Below are positions 26,630-34,500 of a DNA stretch of 57,789 nt, one piece after another. The notes beneath the pieces are model-generated. The model was not told the DNA's origin, made no database searches, and was given only the letters and a program-made list of their open reading frames with translations. Numbering within the stretch: position 1 is the stretch's first letter; every line of letters starts with the position of its first letter. The position numbers and the translations under genes are program-made. The stretch comes from a virus (taxonomy: Duplodnaviria > Caudoviricetes): positions 1-57,789 of the IMG/VR virus record IMGVR_UViG_3300044617_001276; one strand, written 5' to 3'.

Positions 26630-28151
26630 AGAATCCACCCTTTTTCGCCCCCAGCAACACCACATTCGCGGCTTCTTGGGATTGTGCGGCAAGCAATTCT
26701 TCGCCATGCTTACGCACAAGTTCGGTCGCCTCATCGATGTCTCTGGTCAGCTCTCCGCGCACGAACGCATATCGAGCGCGCATCGTTTTCCCTTCAACAC
26801 GGAACGTCCATCGGTCAGCGCCGCCCGGTGCAGGCACTTGAACGTACCCGGCGCGGTTCATGCGGTGAGAGATTTTGCGCGGCGACTTCAGCATGTTGGC
26901 CACGTCTTCGTGGTGGTCGAATTGAGGGTTGACGAGCTCTTGTCCGAGGATGACGGCTGGCTTACCGAGCTTGTCTAAGACCCAAGCGACAGCGTCTTCC
27001 GGCTCGCCCCAGGAAGCCGCCACAGCGCCCCACCCGGCGGTGCGTTGCACCTGCGCCTTTGGGTCGAACTGGGAAAGGTCGCGTGCAGCGAGCCAAGCGG
27101 CTACGTGGTTGATCCCGCCGCCTTCGAACCAAGCGAACAGCTCATTGAAGTAACTCGGGCGTTCTTCCCGCTCATGCCACTTTTGCGGCAGGTGAGAGTG
27201 CATGATGAACATGCGGCGGTCTTCAGGCGGGATGTACATGCTCATCCAATCATTCGTCGTGATGAACACGCGCATACGGTTGATGATGTGACGGAGCTTT
27301 GCGTATTTGTCGTTCAGCGGCAACGTGTCGGGTGGCGCGACGATCATTGGCTTGAGAATGTTGTAAGCAGTGGAAGCATGGTGTTCATCCTTCGTCGGGC
27401 GTACTTCGTCGACCACGAGCATCAAGGTTTCCAGCCATGGCTTATACGGGCTGAACAACTCATCCGGGTCGATGTTCTTGGTGTTCCAGTTGCCGACCGC
27501 TGCTTTGATGGGCATCAATGCCGCATCTTTCCCGATGCCTTGTGTGCCACTCAGCACGATGGCGGCGTTACACTTCACGTCAGGGCGCTGCACCATATGC
27601 GCGCAGAAGTCGAAGAAGAACTCATGCTCCAGCTTGTCTGGCCAGAGCTTTTTGACGTGATTGATCCAAACGTCAGCCTCTCTTGCGTCACCTTCCAAAA
27701 CAGGCGGCGGCAGATATTTGTTGTAGATCCTGCGGCCGACAGCCGGTCGCCAACCGTTGGAATCAATGAAGATGTCGCGAATGATTTGCGCCTCACCGGG
27801 CCACCACGTGCTGCCTTCCACGAACTGGTCATTTTCCACGCGCATGATGTCGAACGAAGGACGTATGAGCCGCTCACGCCGCCGCCGGGGTCGACCGCGC
27901 CGCCCTTGCCGCCCTTCGGCGGGTGCTTCGTCGGCGTCACCTTCGTCGACTTCAACTCGCCAGAGCTCGATGGGGATGGAAGCGTCCACCGCTTTTTCGG
28001 TATGTTGAGTGCCGTCACGCAAGTCCCAAAATGCCTCTTGCGCTTTGTCGAAGACATAGTCTTCAGGCCGCGCGAGCCGCCGGGAGTTGGCCACCGCTGC
28101 CTGCAACGCCGCTTCCCGCGCGGCTGTTCTTTCTTCGATTGTTGTTGTCAT
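26628..28151 (-). CDS. Primase-associated SF3-like helicase (DUF5906-like)
   Basis: Walker A VLSGTQGIGKD, Walker B LVVDE, ITTN and EDRR. Confidence 0.82.
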   Translation of the reverse strand: MTTTIEERTAAREAALQAAVANSRRLARPEDYVFDKAQEAFWDLRDGTQHTEKAVDASIPIELWRVEVDEGDADEAPAEGRQGRRGRPRRRRERLIRPSFDIMRVENDQFVEGSTWWPGEAQIIRDIFIDSNGWRPAVGRRIYNKYLPPPVLEGDAREADVWINHVKKLWPDKLEHEFFFDFCAHMVQRPDVKCNAAIVLSGTQGIGKDAALMPIKAAVGNWNTKNIDPDELFSPYKPWLETLMLVVDEVRPTKDEHHASTAYNILKPMIVAPPDTLPLNDKYAKLRHIINRMRVFITTNDWMSMYIPPEDRRMFIMHSHLPQKWHEREERPSYFNELFAWFEGGGINHVAAWLAARDLSQFDPKAQVQRTAGWGAVAASWGEPEDAVAWVLDKLGKPAVILGQELVNPQFDHHEDVANMLKSPRKISHRMNRAGYVQVPAPGGADRWTFRVEGKTMRARYAFVRGELTRDIDEATELVRKHGEELLAAQSQEAANVVLLGAKKGGF

Positions 28152-28296
28152 TTTTCAACCCAGTAAAGTTCTACCCAATCTTCATAAGCCGCCCAACAAA
28201 TCAACCACTCCCAAGAGAGTTTTTCGTTGGGCACGACGTCGCAATAGTATTGTGCCATGCGCAGGCAAGTTGTTTGTGATGGCGGCGGATACGAGT

Positions 28297-28683
28297 TCAT
28301 CCGTTTTTCTCCTTCAGCTTGGCTTCGATGGCGCGAACAGTTTCAGACCATCTCGGCGGCAGCCTGACTGCACCGGGCAACAGCGACATAATCTCCTCAT
28401 CCGTCAGCCCCTGCCAGTTGCGCTGTGGTGGGGCGGTGTAAAGTGGCTGTTGATCGTCTTGCTCTTTGTTTTGCGTCACGGTTATTTGCCAACTCCCATC
28501 CCCCCAGCTTTCCCAATTAAATTTGTCGTACACCCACGCCACCGGCTCCGGTTCAGGCTGCGCGAGTCGAGCGCGGAGTAGTTCGGTTGCTTTCACAGTC
28601 TGGCTTGTTCCGTATATCGCGCTGTGTTCTGCTTCCAACGCATCCAGCACCTGCTGCGCTTCCTCGCGGGTTAGCGTGATCAT
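28297..28683 (-). CDS. Hypothetical phage protein (QPEPEPVAW...PLYTAPP family)
   Basis: This motif set is common in proteobacterial phage accessory genes. Confidence 0.65.
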   Translation of the reverse strand: MITLTREEAQQVLDALEAEHSAIYGTSQTVKATELLRARLAQPEPEPVAWVYDKFNWESWGDGSWQITVTQNKEQDDQQPLYTAPPQRNWQGLTDEEIMSLLPGAVRLPPRWSETVRAIEAKLKEKNG

Positions 28684-28889
28684 GGCGCACCCCTTTCGCG
28701 GATCATCATTGCGGCAATTACGCCTTGGTTATGCCATTCCCCATGTAGCCATTCTTCGCACACCTTCGCACACGCCTCACGTTCTGCTGCTGCGACTAGC
28801 TTGGCGAATTGTTTTAAAGCATGATGTTGCCCTTCAGCCGGATGCGGTAAAAACTCGCTTATCATTTTGCTTAGTTCTTCGTCGGTCAT
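28680..28889 (-). CDS. Hypothetical phage protein (AAAEREACAKVC family)
   Basis: 69 aa, ATGA-coupled. Confidence 0.65.
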   Translation of the reverse strand: MTDEELSKMISEFLPHPAEGQHHALKQFAKLVAAAEREACAKVCEEWLHGEWHNQGVIAAMMIRERGAP

Positions 28890-29011
28890 TCTTTATCCTC
28901 CAACATCATAGCGATGGCCACTGCAATCCCCGCGACCAACACAAACAAACCAGCCCCAACCAACGCAATGCCCATGATAGCGAAGACAACGAAGCTGTGT
29001 TCCATAATCAT
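28886..29011 (-). CDS. 41-aa single-TM protein
   Basis: MIMEHSFVVFAIMGIALVGAGLFVLVAGIAVAIAMMLEDKE, with ATGA overlaps on both sides. Not in the ORF track. Confidence 0.55.
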   Translation of the reverse strand: MIMEHSFVVFAIMGIALVGAGLFVLVAGIAVAIAMMLEDKE

Positions 29012-29646
29012 TCTCCACGGTCGTCGTACGTGAAGGTCGTTGTGTCGCCGAGCCGCCACTTGCTGGATTGTTCGACGCGGTACTTTTTCGTCGCGACAAT
29101 AAAGTCTGGGAACTTCATGTCTTTTGGATTCAGCGCGGCGTCGAAAAAGCGACAGCGGTTGTTCGGTTGCAATGCGAACTGTCCATTGTCGAGTTTCAAC
29201 ACATTGTAGCTCTTGTGTTCGTCGGGTGTCTCGCTCAACGTAAAATCCGGGATGCGCGGGTCAGGATTGCAAGTGTCGAGTGTGAACATGTATTCACCGC
29301 CGTGCAGCTTTTTGTCCTTGCCGAAAAACTCAGAGCGCAACCCTTTCAGCAACGGCTTTTCAATGACCGCGACGTAGTAACTCAACGCATCCCAAATTTG
29401 CAATGTGTCCAGCGGCAAGTCGCCTTCTGCAAATTCGTCCCAATAAAAAGCGCTGATGGGCAACTTGTCGTAGAGCGCGCCGTATTCAGGCAGGTAAGTT
29501 TCGAACCTGAACGCCTCTCCGCGATGCGCCTTCACGCTCACCCAAACACCTTGCACCAGCGGCGCGTCCTCTCCGCACGTGAAGTCGTATAAATATTCAG
29601 GCCGCACCCAGACCTTCACTGGCGGCAGTGGCGTCACGAACATCAT
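29008..29646 (-). CDS. Conserved hypothetical phage protein
   Basis: VWVRPEYLYD, GALYDKLPISAF, EHKS.N...LDNGQFA.QPNNR. Coupled to the primase stop. Confidence 0.7.
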   Translation of the reverse strand: MMFVTPLPPVKVWVRPEYLYDFTCGEDAPLVQGVWVSVKAHRGEAFRFETYLPEYGALYDKLPISAFYWDEFAEGDLPLDTLQIWDALSYYVAVIEKPLLKGLRSEFFGKDKKLHGGEYMFTLDTCNPDPRIPDFTLSETPDEHKSYNVLKLDNGQFALQPNNRCRFFDAALNPKDMKFPDFIVATKKYRVEQSSKWRLGDTTTFTYDDRGE

Positions 29647-30569
29647 TGCGCGGCCCTTTCTAACTCTTCAATCGATTCTTCATTGACCCACTCCGTCAAG
29701 TGTGACCAACCCTTCTCCACACAGTGTCCATGATGACAGCGGAACGCGCCGTAATAGTCGTTCTCAGGTGCTGGCTCACGTATCGCGGCCCCATTGTCGA
29801 CGCCACCGGTGTGGCCGTCCACCCAAGGGCAAGACATCTCTGTCCACCCACTCGGGTCGGGCTCGTGACGCTTGAGCATGCTGCGCTGGTCGAGCCACTT
29901 GTAGACGTTCATGAACATCCTGTTGCGCTCTAACGCTTCCTCGGTCGGCAACTTTTCCCGCATGACACGTTGTCCTCGGATTTGCAACCCGAACCCGTCC
30001 AGGAGTTCCTGCGGCGTCCATCTTGATCCATTCGCTTCAGTGACGCGCGTTGTCCACCCGTTGTAGGCTTTCTTCCCATTCAAGTGTCCGGGTAGCCGCC
30101 CCACACGCGTCACACCACTCATGCCGGGATCAGCGCCCAACAGCTTGCCGTGAATGAACGCACGAATCAACCCGTCGAACCGCGCCATGTCGCGCTCGGG
30201 TTCATGCAGGAAGTACCACCACTGTTCGTTGCCGGGTGAAGTTTCAATCTTCCATGTTGGGGGCATCGCCTCCACGAATGTCTTGTCAACCTTCGTGCCC
30301 ACATCGTCGACCATGAGCGCCAGCCCGGCAGTGAACGTCTCAGTGCGGCGGCGGTAGGTGCCGTCAGCAGCGCGCTTGAACGCGCCCACGGTCACGTAGG
30401 CGTTGTCCATGGGGCCGAAAGGGATCTCGCGGCCCGGAGCCCAAGGCCGAGGTCGCCAAGCCGCCGGGCCAGCCTCATAAGGGTCGCCGGGGAACCCACA
30501 AAGGATCAGCCGCTCGTCCGGGTTCAGCCCGGCAGCCAAATCGGCGAGGAATGCCTCATTTTCCATCAT
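29643..30569 (-). CDS. RepB-like DNA primase (AEP superfamily) with C-terminal Zn-binding region
   Basis: LMVDDVG, IETSPGNEQWWY, R.GRLPG.LNGK and CPW...HT......FRCHHGHC. Confidence 0.82.
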   Translation of the reverse strand: MMENEAFLADLAAGLNPDERLILCGFPGDPYEAGPAAWRPRPWAPGREIPFGPMDNAYVTVGAFKRAADGTYRRRTETFTAGLALMVDDVGTKVDKTFVEAMPPTWKIETSPGNEQWWYFLHEPERDMARFDGLIRAFIHGKLLGADPGMSGVTRVGRLPGHLNGKKAYNGWTTRVTEANGSRWTPQELLDGFGLQIRGQRVMREKLPTEEALERNRMFMNVYKWLDQRSMLKRHEPDPSGWTEMSCPWVDGHTGGVDNGAAIREPAPENDYYGAFRCHHGHCVEKGWSHLTEWVNEESIEELERAAQ

Positions 30570-30600
30570 TTTTCCTTTCTACGTTAGGGAACCGCTATTG

Positions 30601-30621
30601 TCGGGCATCTCGGGTACGCCG
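30601..30621. repeat. Copy of the origin repeat upstream of the primase
   Basis: catctcgggtacgccg is identical at 30606-30621 and 26406-26421. Confidence 0.7.
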
Positions 30622-30681
30622 GGCCAGCCCGCACTGGTGCGCCGAATGCCCTTGCATTTTGCAGGGGAATACAAAAATATG

Positions 30682-30710
30682 TTGCCGTGATCTGATTTTG
30701 TCGTCATAAT
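30682..30710 (+). promoter_or_regulatory. Early promoter TTGCCG-N17-CATAAT
   Basis: At the strand switch, with an A-rich UP-like element upstream. Confidence 0.7.
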
Positions 30711-30756
30711 AACGATACGGTCGATCGAGACCGCCCTAACTTAGAAAGGAAACACC

Positions 30757-30951
30757 ATGAACAAAGTCTACATAGTTTGCGAAACCATCGACGGCGAGAA
30801 GACAATCGGCGGCGTTTACGCGTCTTACAAAAAAGCGCGTGAACACGCTGAAGACATCGCTGAGTATGCAGGCGTCGAGGAAGACCAACAAGATTTTTGG
30901 GGTGAAGACGAAGACAACTGCATCACCATTGAAGAACAAGACCTGTTGTAA
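30757..30951 (+). CDS. Small acidic early protein
   Basis: 64 aa with an AACTTAGAAAGGAA leader. Confidence 0.7.
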   Translation: MNKVYIVCETIDGEKTIGGVYASYKKAREHAEDIAEYAGVEEDQQDFWGEDEDNCITIEEQDLL

Positions 30952-30976
30952 TTTTTAACTCAGAAAGGAAATGACC

Positions 30977-31522
30977 ATGAACGTAACTACCGCCACCACC
31001 GCTGAACTCGTCAAGTTCTACAACGCTCACGCCGCCAAGCCGGTCAAGAAGTTCGCTGACCGCAAGACCGCCGAGCGCCGTGTTGCTGACTTGATGAAGT
31101 CTGTCCCCAACGCCAACGAATTCCGCTGCCCTGAGTGCGACTCCACCGAGAATCTGACCTGCGGCGAAGTCAAGTATGTGCGCGGCATGCAAACCATCGT
31201 CAACGAGCACATTGCTGATTGCCACAACTGCGGCCATGAGTGGAACACTCTGACCGGCAAACCTGTGCGCAAGGTTGCCGCCAGCGCCGAGCGCAGCGCA
31301 GCCATCGTTGCTTCTTGGAAGAACAAGGATGTTGCCGCCGCACGCGCCGTTCGCCACGGTGTCGTGGTCGTCACGCCCAAAGGCGAAAAGCGCGAACACA
31401 AGTCGGTGCGCGAAGCGTTCATGGTGCTGGCGTTGCCGCTCGGTCAGCACATCAAGTTCCGTGGCGCGTTGAAGGCCGCTGGCCGCGCCGAGTTCGGCGG
31501 CTACAAGTTTCAGTTGGCCTGA
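30977..31522 (+). CDS. Early protein with central Zn ribbon
   Basis: CPEC...CHNC, AACTCAGAAAGGAA leader, basic. Confidence 0.7.
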   Translation: MNVTTATTAELVKFYNAHAAKPVKKFADRKTAERRVADLMKSVPNANEFRCPECDSTENLTCGEVKYVRGMQTIVNEHIADCHNCGHEWNTLTGKPVRKVAASAERSAAIVASWKNKDVAAARAVRHGVVVVTPKGEKREHKSVREAFMVLALPLGQHIKFRGALKAAGRAEFGGYKFQLA

Positions 31523-31529
31523 AAAACTT

Positions 31530-31580
31530 TCTCGGCAGGTGCAAAAAGCACTTGCCGAGATATGGAAAACGCGAGAAAAT
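31530..31580 (+). promoter_or_regulatory. 13-bp inverted repeat overlapping promoter TTGCCG-N17-GAAAAT
   Basis: tctcggcaggtgc-aaaaa-gcacttgccgaga (31530-31560). The -35 is at 31552 and the -10 at 31575. Confidence 0.5.
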
Positions 31581-31611
31581 ATCTCTGCATCAAACTTAGA
31601 AAGGAAATGTC

Positions 31612-31785
31612 ATGAACATCACCGTCCGCATCGCCAACAACTACGGCAACCGTGCAGTTTACCCGGTTTGCGAAGTTGCGCACAAGCTCGCCGCGCTAGT
31701 GAACTGCAAGACCTTCACTGAGCGCGTGCTGAAACAAATTCAGGATCTCGGCTACACCATCTCTGTCCAACAACAATCCCTTTGA
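31612..31785 (+). CDS. 57-aa early protein (MNITVRIANNYGNRAVYPVC...)
   Basis: AACTTAGAAAGGAA leader. Not in the ORF track. Confidence 0.7.
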   Translation: MNITVRIANNYGNRAVYPVCEVAHKLAALVNCKTFTERVLKQIQDLGYTISVQQQSL

Positions 31786-31797
31786 GGAGACACTGTC

Positions 31798-32541
31798 ATG
31801 AAAACACTACCCGCTTCCGCTCTCGCCACTGTCGCCGCACCAACCGTCAGCGAGCGTTACCAGTTCATTAACTCCGGCGAGATCATCGATCGCTTCGCGC
31901 AAGAAGGTTGGAAGGTTGCTCAAGCCACTGTCGCGGCTCCGCGCAAGCGTGACCCGCTGTTCGCCAAGCACATGATCGACTTCCGGCATCCAGACTTCCA
32001 GGAAATCAACGGTGCCGTACCGCGTATCATCTTAGTCAACAGCCACGACGGTTCGTCTTCGGCGCGCGTGTTGGCCGGTGTGTTCCGGTTCGTTTGCAGC
32101 AATGGGCTCGTCGTCGGCAACACTGCCGGGCGGGAAGTCGTGCGCCACACGGGTGACGCAGCGGCTGACTTGATTCACCGCATGCAGCAGCTGGCGCGCA
32201 ACACGTCTGACCTCTACAACAAAATCGACCGCTGGTCTCGGATTGACCTGACCAAGAACCAGCGGCTGGAGTTCGCCAAGTTCGCCGCACAACTGCGTTG
32301 GGGTGACGCGCAGCGCTTTTCCCCGGCTGAGCTGCTGGACGCGCGTCGCGCAGAAGACGACAGGGGTGACCTCTGGACAACCTTCAACCGCGTCCAGGAA
32401 AACACCGTGCGCGGCGGCATTGAGGGCCTTTCCCGCTCAGGTCGTGCAGCCACCTCCCGGCCACTGAGCGACATCAGCCGCTCAGTTGACTACAACGCGC
32501 AGTTGTGGCAACTGGCAGAAGAAGTTGCCGAAACGTGGTAA
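31798..32541 (+). CDS. DUF932-family protein
   Basis: SERYQFI, KHMIDFR, NSHDGSS, GVFRFVCSNGLV and DLWTTFNRVQEN. Confidence 0.85.
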   Translation: MKTLPASALATVAAPTVSERYQFINSGEIIDRFAQEGWKVAQATVAAPRKRDPLFAKHMIDFRHPDFQEINGAVPRIILVNSHDGSSSARVLAGVFRFVCSNGLVVGNTAGREVVRHTGDAAADLIHRMQQLARNTSDLYNKIDRWSRIDLTKNQRLEFAKFAAQLRWGDAQRFSPAELLDARRAEDDRGDLWTTFNRVQENTVRGGIEGLSRSGRAATSRPLSDISRSVDYNAQLWQLAEEVAETW

Positions 32542-32554
32542 GCTACCGCATAAT
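32525..32554 (+). promoter_or_regulatory. Promoter TTGCCG-N18-CATAAT upstream of the nucleotide-metabolism operon
   Basis: Same consensus as the other sites, followed by the AACTCAGAAAGGAA leader. Confidence 0.65.
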
Positions 32555-32585
32555 CCATCCAGCAAACTCAGAAAGGAACATCGCA

Positions 32586-33149
32586 ATGCCAACCATCATC
32601 CGTGACCGCGACGCCGTGAAGGGTGCCGCAATGGAGGATCTGAACCACACTTACCGTCAGCTGAAAGGCGAACCCGGCTTCAAAGGGTTCAGCAACCGCG
32701 CAGCGGCAGAAGTGCAGGTCAACATGGCCATCATGGCCGCGCAAGACGCTGTTGGGCGCGCTGGTGTGCCCAAAGGCGTGACGCCGGGCGCGCTGACGCC
32801 GGGCGAGATAAAATCCAAAAATCCTTACAAGGAGGGCACATTGAGTCACCAACTGCATGAGGCGGTCTCTGAACAGAAACCCATCGAGCCGCGCCCAAAA
32901 GCTTCCGAGCAACCCAAGGAAAAGCGCGCCAAGCGCCTCACCATCAACAAGGTGCGCGCCACCAACGCGGGTGAGTCTCGCCCACAAGCTGGCAGCATCC
33001 GCAATCAGGTCTTGCAATACGTGCAAAACGCGCCGGAGCAAACCTGCACCGTCGCAGAGCTGGAAGAACACTTCCAACAAAACGTGCGCGGCTACCTGCA
33101 AAAGTTGGTTGAGAAGAATCATCTCACCATCATTGAGGATGAGGAATGA
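32586..33149 (+). CDS. Hypothetical protein with C-terminal winged-helix-like segment
   Basis: Start MPTIIRD. C-terminal SIRNQVLQYV....CTVAELEEHF...VRGYLQKLVEKNHL. Confidence 0.65.
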   Translation: MPTIIRDRDAVKGAAMEDLNHTYRQLKGEPGFKGFSNRAAAEVQVNMAIMAAQDAVGRAGVPKGVTPGALTPGEIKSKNPYKEGTLSHQLHEAVSEQKPIEPRPKASEQPKEKRAKRLTINKVRATNAGESRPQAGSIRNQVLQYVQNAPEQTCTVAELEEHFQQNVRGYLQKLVEKNHLTIIEDEE

Positions 33150-34045
33150 CTGCGCCTGTGATCGTCGGTGCTGGCCTCGCTGGGCTCATCGCAGCCCATG
33201 CGTGGCCCAACGCCACCGTCGTGGAGGCGTCATCTCAACCGCGCGCCGCGCACAAGGCGTTGTTGCGGTTCCGCTCTGACGCCGTCGCGCGGCTCACCGG
33301 CATCGAGTTCCGGCGGGTGCGTGTGCGCAAAGGCATCTGGGCTGAGAACGCCTACCAACCCGCCACAATCCGTTGGGCCAACTTGTACGCACAAAAGGTC
33401 ATCAATGAACTCAAAGGTGACCGCAGCATTTGGAACCTTGAGACAGCGGAGCGGTTCATTGCGCCGGACGATTTGTATGAGCAGCTGGTGACGTCAGTGG
33501 GTGACCGCATCAACTGGGACACCCCGGCTGAGTTCAAGAGTTCGCGGCCCCACATCTCTACCGCGCCGCTGCCGGTGGTGTTGAGCATCTTGGGTTGGCC
33601 AGCGCCGGTGACGTTCTCTCGCTCCGGCATCACGGTGCATCGTTGGCGCATCATTGGCGCAGACGTTTTCCAGACGGTCTATTTCCCTGAACTGCACTTG
33701 AATGTTTACCGAGCCAGCATCACCGGCGACACACTCATCGTCGAAACCGTCGGGCCGATGGGTGACATGGACGACGACGCCATCAGCGCGGCGTTCGGCA
33801 TCAAGCTTGCATCGTGCGAGTCGCTTGGTTCAGTCGACCAGAAGTACGGCAAGATAGCGCCCATCGACGACAACCTACGCAAGCAGCTGTTGTTCCGGCT
33901 CACGCACGAGCGCAACATATATTCGCTCGGACGGTTCGCCACGTGGCGCAACATCCTCTTGGACGACGTGGTGGACGACATCGCGGCAATCAAGAAGCTG
34001 CTCAAGGCCAACAGCGCCTACGACATCCGGAGGGCCGCTGCGTGA
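33146..34045 (+). CDS. FAD-dependent oxidoreductase, UDP-galactopyranose mutase/amine-oxidase-like fold
   Basis: N-terminal IVGAGLAGL...VVE dinucleotide motif, ISTAPL, and C-terminal NIYSLGRFATWRNILLDDVV. Confidence 0.78.
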   Translation: MTAPVIVGAGLAGLIAAHAWPNATVVEASSQPRAAHKALLRFRSDAVARLTGIEFRRVRVRKGIWAENAYQPATIRWANLYAQKVINELKGDRSIWNLETAERFIAPDDLYEQLVTSVGDRINWDTPAEFKSSRPHISTAPLPVVLSILGWPAPVTFSRSGITVHRWRIIGADVFQTVYFPELHLNVYRASITGDTLIVETVGPMGDMDDDAISAAFGIKLASCESLGSVDQKYGKIAPIDDNLRKQLLFRLTHERNIYSLGRFATWRNILLDDVVDDIAAIKKLLKANSAYDIRRAAA

Positions 34046-34500
34046 ACTGCCCCATTTGTGGTTCGGAGAGCACGGTCATCGGTGTGGCTCCAAAGCAGCA
34101 AGACCATTGCGTAGAGTATGCACGCATATGCGACCGCAAGCATCGGTTCACAACAGTCGAGGTGCACGTGTCGCAGCTCGGTGACAAGCGGGAATTCGCT
34201 TGCGCAGTACGCAACATAACAAGGCGCATCGGTCGGTTCAATCGTGACTTGCTCATCTTCATGGACAAACGTCCAGCGAAAGTCGTCGCGAGCGAACTGG
34301 GTATCACCTCTACGCGTGTGCGGCAAATACGCGCATCGCAGTATGAGTTCTCTCCGCACAAGAGAATTGCGAAAATTGATTTAAACTCAGAAAGGAACAA
34401 TTATGAAAGTCACGCTCATCAGCACAACGCCGGAAGCCAAGGAACTCTTGATCTTCACGAAGTCAACCCGGCTGACCATGTCGCCGGGGTTGATGGATGA
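34042..34500 (+). CDS. NrdR-like Zn ribbon plus HTH protein
   Basis: GTG start. CPICGS.S.V...R.C...HRFTTVE, then AKVVASELGITSTRVRQIR. The 3' end overlaps thyX by about 100 nt. Confidence 0.6.
   Translation: MNCPICGSESTVIGVAPKQQDHCVEYARICDRKHRFTTVEVHVSQLGDKREFACAVRNITRRIGRFNRDLLIFMDKRPAKVVASELGITSTRVRQIRASQYEFSPHKRIAKIDLNSERNNYESHAHQHNAGSQGTLDLHEVNPADHVAGVDG

Noticed and set aside
27045-28166. 373-aa plus-strand ORF
   Set aside because: Antisense shadow of the helicase gene.
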